Part shown: in pieces, positions 7,967 through 15,808 of the stretch
Layout of the letters: every line of letters starts with the position of its first letter
How positions within the stretch are numbered: position 1 is the first letter of the stretch
From: an uncultured bacterium
GTDB taxonomy: Bacteria; Margulisbacteria; Termititenacia; Termititenacales; CAYUXF01
DNA length: 51,672 nt
Direction of reading: 5' to 3'
NCBI GenBank assembly: GCA_964448755.1
Contig: CAYUXF010000004.1
Span: 1-51,672 of the forward strand
Translations under genes and position numbers: made by a program
Notes under the pieces: model-generated
The model's input: only the letters and a program-made list of their open reading frames with translations
The model's database searches: none
What the model was told of the DNA's origin: nothing

Positions 7967-8542
7967 ATGACTTACCAAAATTACATGGATTACACTAATA
8001 AATCACCTGATTATTCAGATCATACTAACTGGAATGGTTCTGCCTGGGTAGCTAATTATCGTGATCATCAGAATTATACTATAGATGATGGTGTTGCCCC
8101 TGTCACCAATGATCGTCAATATGTTTATAATATTAATACCCCAGCTAATGCTTTTACACAGGAATCTTATATTAAAGATCAGATTAATAATCTTAAAACC
8201 TTAAGGGACGATACAATAGAGTTAGCCACCCGCAAAGTTACATCTACTGGTGGAACAAATACTCCGGATTCGGTAAATAGTTATAATAAGGACACCGATT
8301 TTGAAGAGGCAGATTATGCTATCCAGCAGCAGGTAGAAGAGACCATTGCCAATGTCAAGGCTCTTTGGCAGTCTATGAAGGGAAACAACGATAATAACTG
8401 GTCTGGCTGGCCGGCAGATGAGCAAGACGGGCAAAGAAGAAAAGCCAGTGACTATAATATTTTGCGTGATAAGTTGCAAGATTTGGCACAGACAAATAAG
8501 CCGACAGGTTATGCTGACCATAAAAATATTGGTACGCCATAA
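7967..8542 (+). CDS. Hypothetical 191-aa protein with N-terminal aromatic-X-(Asn/Asp) tripeptide arrays; candidate rSAM substrate
   Basis: Strong SD (GAGAGGA) 6-7 nt before the ATG. No signal peptide or TM segment. Residues 3-39 read YQN YMD YTN kspd YSD HTN WNG sa WvaN YRD HQN YTI. Y-x-D-H-x-N occurs three times (residues 16-21, 31-36, 182-187). Confidence 0.6.
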   Translation: MTYQNYMDYTNKSPDYSDHTNWNGSAWVANYRDHQNYTIDDGVAPVTNDRQYVYNINTPANAFTQESYIKDQINNLKTLRDDTIELATRKVTSTGGTNTPDSVNSYNKDTDFEEADYAIQQQVEETIANVKALWQSMKGNNDNNWSGWPADEQDGQRRKASDYNILRDKLQDLAQTNKPTGYADHKNIGTP

Positions 8543-8550
8543 CTAATTAG

Positions 8551-8814
8551 ATGGCTATTATAAAAAAGTCTATCTCAAAAAAAAATTTACCAAAAAATGT
8601 TACATGCTCTTGCTGCGGTAAAACGCTTAACGAGATCGTTGTTTTAACTGAGGTTTTGTTGGATGTCTATAGCTGGTATGTTAATGATTCTAAAAAACAG
8701 TTGGAAAACATTAATGGCCTCTGGAAAAAGAATGGTGAGTATTTTTGTGAGCTCTGTTTTGCAAAATATGTAAAAACCATAGAAAAATTCTATAAAGATT
8801 GTCGCAAGGCTTAA
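8551..8814 (+). CDS. Small Cys4 zinc-ribbon protein (87 aa)
   Basis: CSCCG (residues 19-23) and CELC (residues 66-69) form a split zinc-ribbon pattern, and there are six Cys in total. It is tightly packed between the 191-aa ORF (8-nt gap) and the rSAM gene (6-nt gap). Confidence 0.55.
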   Translation: MAIIKKSISKKNLPKNVTCSCCGKTLNEIVVLTEVLLDVYSWYVNDSKKQLENINGLWKKNGEYFCELCFAKYVKTIEKFYKDCRKA

Positions 8815-8820
8815 TTTTTT

Positions 8821-10143
8821 ATGTTTGAAAATATTTATGAGGTTATTTTAAAAGTAACTCGCGATTGTAATTTAAATTGTCAGTATTGTTATTTAGGCGA
8901 CAAAAAACAGTATGCCGGCGAACGGATGAGTTTTACTGTTTTCAAAAAACTGATTGATCAAATTTATTTAGACAAACATATTCGTAATAAAAAAGAGAGA
9001 TTTAATGGTCAGCTACAGATAGTTTTTCACGGCGGCGAACCTACTTTGCTGGGGATATCTAGGCTGGAAAAATTTATTAAGTATGCCAAAGCCAAACTTC
9101 CCTATGTCCGGTTTGGTATGCAGACAAATATGTTAGTAATAGATCAGCAATGGGTAAACTTTTTTAAAAAATATAATATTTCACCGGGTATTAGTGTAGA
9201 TGGTAATTTAAAAAAGGAAAATGCTTTGCGTTTACCGGGATTTGATTTTACAGAAAAATTAAATTTGCTTAAAAAAAACAAGATCAGGTTCGGGACACTG
9301 ATGGTCTTAAGTAGTCAAAATATCAAAAATTTTTCTAAAAATTTAATGACATTTATTAAAAAATATAAGATCTCCTCAATTAAAGCCAATTTTGTCGAAA
9401 ATATGGCCAAACCAGAATTTTGTTATCCAGAAGTGACTGCCGACCAAATGTATCAACATGTTTTTTTGCCGACGATGGCCTTGTTTTTTGATCAAAATAA
9501 ATTATATGAATCAAATATTGAACATCTTATTGATAAATATATTAATAGTTTACTGTATAAAGAGTCTGCGGCTAAAACTTGTTCACATACTATTTGTCAT
9601 GCCAAATTTTGCGGCGGGGGTAATGCGATTGTTGAGGTTGAACCAACTGGTGAAATTCTTTTTTGTGGCCGCTGGAATAAAATTAATAAAGTTAATTTAA
9701 TGAATGATCTAACTTCTTTTTTTGATCCCTTTGGTATATCTTCTTATAAACGCGTTTTTGATCTGCAATTGCAAAAAGCGACAGCTGTAAGAGAATTAGG
9801 CTGTGATAGTTGTCCCGCTGCCGGTATTTGCAATTATGGCTGTTTGGCTTTTGCTTATGTTAAATATCAGGGGCAGATCAAAATTCGTTCAGAACTTATC
9901 TGTGATTACTATAAAAAAGTCATTAAATATTTTCAGGCACGTTATCATCAAATAATTTATATTTATAGCATGATCACTAAAAAAGAGATAATAGTGGCTA
10001 GAGGAAAAGTATTAATTGATTTCCCTATGGCTATGATTAATGGTGTTAGTAAGAAAAAGTTACCAGCCGGTTTGGCTTGGCAAAAAGTTAATAATAAAAA
10101 TTATTTAACAATTTCCAATAAATATTTAAAAGATTTTTTATAG
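8821..10143 (+). CDS. Radical SAM enzyme with canonical SPASM domain (peptide/protein maturase type)
   Basis: CNLNCQYC (CX3CX2C) at residues 16-23; GGEPTLLG. The C-terminal SPASM signature is visible directly: C-GGGNAIVEVEPT-G-EILF-C, then C-DS-C-PAAGI-C-NYG-C, then a downstream Cys (ELICDYY). Confidence 0.9.
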   Translation: MFENIYEVILKVTRDCNLNCQYCYLGDKKQYAGERMSFTVFKKLIDQIYLDKHIRNKKERFNGQLQIVFHGGEPTLLGISRLEKFIKYAKAKLPYVRFGMQTNMLVIDQQWVNFFKKYNISPGISVDGNLKKENALRLPGFDFTEKLNLLKKNKIRFGTLMVLSSQNIKNFSKNLMTFIKKYKISSIKANFVENMAKPEFCYPEVTADQMYQHVFLPTMALFFDQNKLYESNIEHLIDKYINSLLYKESAAKTCSHTICHAKFCGGGNAIVEVEPTGEILFCGRWNKINKVNLMNDLTSFFDPFGISSYKRVFDLQLQKATAVRELGCDSCPAAGICNYGCLAFAYVKYQGQIKIRSELICDYYKKVIKYFQARYHQIIYIYSMITKKEIIVARGKVLIDFPMAMINGVSKKKLPAGLAWQKVNNKNYLTISNKYLKDFL

Positions 10144-13100
10144 GGTTTTCTGTTGGCTGAATTTTGGCTGATAGACGATTCTCGATATTTTTAGTTTTTC
10201 CAAACAGGTACTATCTGGCAAACTGGTGTTTGTATAAAACTGGGTGTTGCCATTGATCAAGAGTGGCTCGTCATAGTTTCTTAAGTTGGCTGTAATATAT
10301 TTTTGCTGACAGTGTTGATAACAAAGATCTTTTTCTTTAAATAAACATTTTTTAGTTGTCGTTATATAGACATAAGGCAAGTAGAGACTATTACTTAAGT
10401 CTTCTGGCAATACAGCATCATATCCTTGCCAGACATTATCAAATTCTATGCCATTAATTTTATTGCTTAATAAATATTTCTGAAATATTTTTTCTGTTAA
10501 ATTAGCTGTGCGCAAATATTTTAATAATTCATTGTTATTTGTTTGGCGTGGTTCTCGTTTAACTTTTAATAAAAGGCGCCCCAGGCGCGGCGTTAACTGA
10601 TGCTTTTTTATTGAGGATAATAATCCCCAGTCATTAAAGACAATTTCACAATTTAAGGGCAGTAAAGGCAATAACTCAATTATTTTTTTTAATCCTTTTT
10701 CAGTTAGCGGCGGCGTTAATAAAATAAATCTTTTTTTATTTTTAAGACAATAATTTAAAAATGCTGCGGTTTTTTCTTTAGTGGGAATTAATTCTTCACA
10801 AAATTCTGAACCTAAGTAGATGTGAGTGTAGTTTAAGTGTTCCAGATCGGTTATTTTTTTTATGTTGTCAATGGCCAGCGCTAATTCTAACCGATGTTCT
10901 TTTAGATATTCTGGCAATTGGGCTAATAATTCTTTTTCTGTTTTTTCCCAGTTGTTAGATTTCTCTATTTGCTCAACAGCTGTTTTTATTGGTTCTTTAT
11001 TTTTTAGATAAGTGACCAGTTTTGGTATTTGTTGGTTGTAGTCATACTGTTTGGCTTTTTGCCTATTTATTTTTTGCATGGCCTGACGTGTTTTGTTATC
11101 AGATAATAAAATTAGTGCTGATAATAATTGTTGCGTGTCAGGAATATTGTTGTTGATATCTATTGTAAAGCCATTCTCGCCATCTATGACCAGTTCATTT
11201 ACTGCCTGCCAATTAGTGGTGATTATGGCGCAACCTGCGGCCATCCCCTCCACAATTGCCCGGCCAAAAGTTTCTCCTGTATCTGTGGAAAGAAAAACCA
11301 GCACATTAGATTCATTGAGGATTTGATTTCGCTTAATTTTTTCTTGTGTAAGATCTCCATGAAAAACAATATTTTCTTTCAGGTTAAATCGCTCAATAGT
11401 TTGGTGTAATAACGCTAAGTATTGTTTTTCTTCTTTATTTAAATTTTCCAGCGGACAGATAATATTCAATTTAAAAGATATTGCATTTTTACTGGCGCCT
11501 AGTAGACTGAGAAGAACGTGCAGATTTTTTACAGGGGTTAACCGTCCGCAATAAACCAGGCTCAGTTCATTGCTTTGGTCATAATTTTTCGGAAATTCTC
11601 TATAGTTTATTGGTCCGGCCATTTTTAGGAGATCAAAGTTTAGCGAAATTTGCTGAAAACTGCTGTGGAGATATTTGCTGAATGTCAAAAATGTATCAAT
11701 GTTTTTTGCTTCTCTGGCTAAGCGAAAATATCTTGCGCGCCACGGCTCAAAAATATAGGGCCAGACAATAAAGCCAATGGGCAATTTATTATCGTTGCGG
11801 TAAGTAAATAACGGATAAGCATCAATTGTAATATTGAGAAAGATAAAACTGATCTGGTTGGTTGTTAAAAAATTAAAAAAATCTATCAGTGATCTTTGTA
11901 AATGTTCTTCTTTGATCAAGATAACCTCAAAATAATTGCTAAGATATTTTAAGTTATCTTGATCGGTAACTTGATGACTAATATTGGCATATTGCTCTAT
12001 TTTTATTGCCGCTAGTTTGATCTTATTGTTGTTTTTTTCTTCAATTATTAGCTGTTCTTTAAGTTCAAAGTTAGCTACGGGTTTGTTTAAACATATTTCT
12101 GGCGGTAGCTCCAAAAAGAGCGGATGCTCTTGCCAGATAGTTTTTAAAACATAATAATTTTTTTCTAGATTTTTTATAGCAAGCGGTTTGTTTTTTTTGT
12201 AGAGCAGACAATCATTAGCTAGTAATATTTTATAGCCGTTATGCCGTGCTCTAAAACAGAAGTCAAAATAGGTATAAAGATCACTTTCTATAAAATTCTT
12301 GTTGAGCCCGCCAGCTTTTTGCAATAATGTCTTTTTTATTAGTAAACAGCTATCCCAAAGCCAATTTTTTTCTGTATAAGTTTCTGGTAGTTCTTCTGTC
12401 TGGCCTTTTTTCTTGTTTTTTATGTCAGTAAAATTATCGGTATAATTAGGCCCAACAATACCTATCTCTTTACAGAAAATAAACCCATTTTTTAATTTAT
12501 TTAACCAGTTATCGCTAATAATAATATTATCAGAAATTAAACAAACGTAGCGGCTTTGGCGATTATTTAACCCATCATTAATAAACGCTATTTCGCTGGT
12601 TGTTTGTGGGGCGATGATAATTTTTATATTTTTATATTTTTTTTGTAGTTGGTCATAATAGCTTTTTTTAGCTGAAGTAATGTTTTTATTTAAAATAATC
12701 AAATTAAAAGGGTGGCGCGTTCTTAAATAAAGAGCTGCCAGCGCTCGTTTAGTTAAAGAAAAATCATTGGATGTTAATAATATTATATCGATTGTTTCAC
12801 AGAAGATAGAATATTTTTCTAATAATTCACAGAACTGATATTTTTTTGTAAAACTAAGCTTGCTCTTGGCTACTCTTTCTTCAATATCAGGTGCGGTGAT
12901 CTGTTCTTCTAATGTAATATTGGCATAAAGAAAAAATTCTTGCCAGGAAAAGCTATTATTGCCAAATATTTCTGCTATTTCAGAGGTTTTAATTTTTTTT
13001 ACAGGTAGTAAGTTCAGATCGCTAATTGAAGGGACTGTGAAAGAGTGAATAGTGTAAATATTGTAATATTTTAGATGAAAATAAAAAGTTATCCCTTTAT

Positions 13101-14808
13101 CATCATGATTAATAGTGGAGAAGCTTAAGAATTGTAAGTTTTTTAATTTTCTGTTTTTTAGCATTAATTCAATCGAATAAAAAAGTGAATTTAAGCCGAG
13201 TTGTCCGGTCATTTTTTTTGTAAGCCCCTCATCATGTTGTCTTTTAAAATATAAAACCTTGGGGATAATATAAATTGGGGCCAGGGTTTCTAACCTAATA
13301 AATATATCGGCGTCTTCGCAGGCATTTAAAACTTCCGGGTTCCAGTGCCAACCGCCGATCTTTTTGAGATGTTTGGCATTGATCAAATAAGGTTGATAAA
13401 TATTGTAGATATCGATAGTAAATCCTTGATATTTTTGCCGTTGTTCAGGGATGATTTCCAGTGACATTATCTCTGATGTTATTCTGAGTCCGGCACGGAT
13501 GAGAGAAAAATCTTTATGTTTCGAAATTTCTTTTTTTAATTCTGCCAGTAGGGTAGGTGCTACATGGTCATCTGAATCAAGCGGAATTATATAGGGGCTG
13601 TTGGAGTTACTAAAGAGTATCTGTCGTGTAGGGCCTACACCTAAATTTCTGGTATTTTGAAAAAATTTTATTTTTTTATGTTTTTTATATTTTTCAACCA
13701 ATTCAGCTGCTTTTTTTTGGTCTGGTGGATTATCAAAACAAATGAGTAATTCCCAGTTTTTGTTAGTTTGCTGTATTACGGAAGTTACTGTTTCTTCAAT
13801 ATGTCGCAAGTCATAGGCCGGGCATTGAAAAGAGAAAAGAGGCCCTTTCTTCGCTCTATTGTTGATTGTTTTTTTTATGGGATTGATCTGAGTGTTTTTT
13901 AATATTTGAACACAAATTTCTGGCAGATCAAAGTCATAAAAATTATTATTATTAAAATTTATTAAATACTTTCCTGTTTTTAGATCTGAAGGTATTTTTG
14001 GATTTTTTATAGGGAGATCTTTATCTGTGATTGTTGTTTGATAATTATTCAAAATACTGATCTCTAATTTTTTGGAGTTATAAATTATTAAGTTAAAGTT
14101 TTTGTAGATTTGTTCATCAAGATAATTTTTAATTTTTAAAATATCTTTTTCCTGGGTTATTTTGAAAAAAAGAGATAGCAGTGGTTGCTCTAATTGCCAA
14201 AACTGCCCGGTAAAGGATTTTTTATTTATGGGGAATTTTAGATATTTTGGTAGGTAACTAAAGAGAGGTGTATTTTGCCAGCGGTAATAAAAAGCAGTGT
14301 AGTTTTCTTTAATCAATTTAGCAGCTTTTTCTGCGCCAAACGTGCCGCAATTGGCATGATGAATTTTACTATTGTGAGCGACTAATATTTTATAGCCGGC
14401 TTCAATTACTTTAAAACAGAGGTCAATATCCTCAAAATAACCTGGTCCAAAAATATTATCAAATAAGATATTTTCTTTGATCAATTGGCGATCGATCATA
14501 AAACAAGTGCCATAGACATAAGGGGCTTCAGTGTAAGTTGTTTTGCTGGAGATGGGGTTTTGGTAGGGATTATTGCAATTTATTAAAGGGGCTACAATGC
14601 CAACATTATTTGCCTTTTCAAACCCTTTAGCTAAGTTTTCCAGCCAGCCTTTATTAACTGTAGTATCATTGTTAAGTATTACCAGATATTTTGCTGTGCA
14701 ATGGGGAAGAGCCAGATTAATACTTTTTATAAACCCTAGGTTTTCATTGTTTTTAATTATTTTAATTTTCTTATGTTTTTTTAGTGAGTTATAATAATCT
14801 ATTGCCAA
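10138..14808 (-). CDS. Multidomain glycosyltransferase fusion: GT2 + GT2 + GT2 + GT4(GT-B) + C-terminal U32-like module
   Basis: 1556-aa ORF. GT2 no.1 is about 14340-14808 (ILNNDT, YFEDIDLCFKVIEAGYKI). GT2 no.2 is about 13230-13850 (PLDSDD). GT2 no.3 is about 12190-12800 (LISDNII, FDFCFRARHNGYKI). GT4 is about 11000-12000 (ETFGRAIVEGMAAGCAII, an EX7E motif). The U32-like tail is about 10138-10900 (HIYLGSEFCEE...ILLTPP...EIVFNDWGLL). The true start is probably upstream of 14808 (see findings). Confidence 0.8.
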   Translation of the reverse strand: MAIDYYNSLKKHKKIKIIKNNENLGFIKSINLALPHCTAKYLVILNNDTTVNKGWLENLAKGFEKANNVGIVAPLINCNNPYQNPISSKTTYTEAPYVYGTCFMIDRQLIKENILFDNIFGPGYFEDIDLCFKVIEAGYKILVAHNSKIHHANCGTFGAEKAAKLIKENYTAFYYRWQNTPLFSYLPKYLKFPINKKSFTGQFWQLEQPLLSLFFKITQEKDILKIKNYLDEQIYKNFNLIIYNSKKLEISILNNYQTTITDKDLPIKNPKIPSDLKTGKYLINFNNNNFYDFDLPEICVQILKNTQINPIKKTINNRAKKGPLFSFQCPAYDLRHIEETVTSVIQQTNKNWELLICFDNPPDQKKAAELVEKYKKHKKIKFFQNTRNLGVGPTRQILFSNSNSPYIIPLDSDDHVAPTLLAELKKEISKHKDFSLIRAGLRITSEIMSLEIIPEQRQKYQGFTIDIYNIYQPYLINAKHLKKIGGWHWNPEVLNACEDADIFIRLETLAPIYIIPKVLYFKRQHDEGLTKKMTGQLGLNSLFYSIELMLKNRKLKNLQFLSFSTINHDDKGITFYFHLKYYNIYTIHSFTVPSISDLNLLPVKKIKTSEIAEIFGNNSFSWQEFFLYANITLEEQITAPDIEERVAKSKLSFTKKYQFCELLEKYSIFCETIDIILLTSNDFSLTKRALAALYLRTRHPFNLIILNKNITSAKKSYYDQLQKKYKNIKIIIAPQTTSEIAFINDGLNNRQSRYVCLISDNIIISDNWLNKLKNGFIFCKEIGIVGPNYTDNFTDIKNKKKGQTEELPETYTEKNWLWDSCLLIKKTLLQKAGGLNKNFIESDLYTYFDFCFRARHNGYKILLANDCLLYKKNKPLAIKNLEKNYYVLKTIWQEHPLFLELPPEICLNKPVANFELKEQLIIEEKNNNKIKLAAIKIEQYANISHQVTDQDNLKYLSNYFEVILIKEEHLQRSLIDFFNFLTTNQISFIFLNITIDAYPLFTYRNDNKLPIGFIVWPYIFEPWRARYFRLAREAKNIDTFLTFSKYLHSSFQQISLNFDLLKMAGPINYREFPKNYDQSNELSLVYCGRLTPVKNLHVLLSLLGASKNAISFKLNIICPLENLNKEEKQYLALLHQTIERFNLKENIVFHGDLTQEKIKRNQILNESNVLVFLSTDTGETFGRAIVEGMAAGCAIITTNWQAVNELVIDGENGFTIDINNNIPDTQQLLSALILLSDNKTRQAMQKINRQKAKQYDYNQQIPKLVTYLKNKEPIKTAVEQIEKSNNWEKTEKELLAQLPEYLKEHRLELALAIDNIKKITDLEHLNYTHIYLGSEFCEELIPTKEKTAAFLNYCLKNKKRFILLTPPLTEKGLKKIIELLPLLPLNCEIVFNDWGLLSSIKKHQLTPRLGRLLLKVKREPRQTNNNELLKYLRTANLTEKIFQKYLLSNKINGIEFDNVWQGYDAVLPEDLSNSLYLPYVYITTTKKCLFKEKDLCYQHCQQKYITANLRNYDEPLLINGNTQFYTNTSLPDSTCLEKLKISRIVYQPKFSQQKTL

Positions 14809-14964
14809 TGGATCGGTGGAGTTATCATCAATAATGATTATTGAAAAAATATCTGACGTGGAGCAAAAAATAGAAGCAAGACATTTTTTTGTTAATGTAT
14901 GATTGTTGTATACAGGGATTAGTATTTCAACTTTAATTGTTTTAAATCCTAGCTTTTAGTGTTT

Positions 14965-15702
14965 TTAGTTATTTTGTTGTAGGTCCTCTTTAAGTTTTTT
15001 TAATAAACCTAATTCAATTTCTTCATCTATTGCAACAGCTGGATTGTACTTAAGTGCAATCCCTGAATCAATGATTTGAAGTGCCTCGGTATTACGTTTT
15101 TTATTTAATAAATATTCACCATAGAAACGATATACTTGACGATTTTCATGGCCAAGCTCTAATGCTTTTTTAAAATCTTTTTCCGCTTGGATATCATCGC
15201 CTATACTTACTGGTGGTGTAGGTGCTTTTGAATAAACAACTGCTCGGAGTAGATAAGCCGTTCCTGGTCGGTCATGTTCTTTCCCAAATTCTGGGTTTAG
15301 TTCTATTGCTTTGTTTAGTGCTTCAATGGTCTCCTTGAGATAAATAAGTTTTTCTTGATTATTAGAATACCTTGCCAGTTTACTGGTATTAATTCCGTAT
15401 ACAAAATAGCCTATAGCGTTATTGTTGTTTAATTTTATCGCGTTAGCTGCTGCATCTCTGCCTAGTTGAAATATTTCTCTTTTTTTTATATTTTCAGTAA
15501 CAAAAAGATCTCCATAAAAGTAAGCCGAGTGGGCAAAATGCGCATAATTTTCAAAAGTTTGGTTATTATCAATAGCGTCTTTAAAATGGTGGTAAGCATT
15601 TATTAATTTGGTGTTGGCTTGTTTTTGAGCCAATACTTCATTACTGTTACTGGCAAATAAAATAGAAACAATTAACAATAACAACAATATTTTTTTAAGC
15701 AT
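14965..15702 (-). CDS. Secreted TPR-repeat protein
   Basis: Signal peptide MLKKILLLLLIVSILFASNSNEVLAQ, followed by TPR-like helical repeats (AIELNPEF..., FKKALELGHEN..., YGEYLLNKKRNTEALQ). It sits immediately upstream of, and is co-oriented with, the giant GT gene. Confidence 0.7.
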   Translation of the reverse strand: MLKKILLLLLIVSILFASNSNEVLAQKQANTKLINAYHHFKDAIDNNQTFENYAHFAHSAYFYGDLFVTENIKKREIFQLGRDAAANAIKLNNNNAIGYFVYGINTSKLARYSNNQEKLIYLKETIEALNKAIELNPEFGKEHDRPGTAYLLRAVVYSKAPTPPVSIGDDIQAEKDFKKALELGHENRQVYRFYGEYLLNKKRNTEALQIIDSGIALKYNPAVAIDEEIELGLLKKLKEDLQQNN

Positions 15703-15808
15703 AAATTTCCTTTTCTATAGTTTTATTCATAATATTATACTGTAAATAGTAGATCAATAAAACTTAATAAAATTGATTTTTTGCTATTCATTAAGTATGC
15801 TCTTGAGA

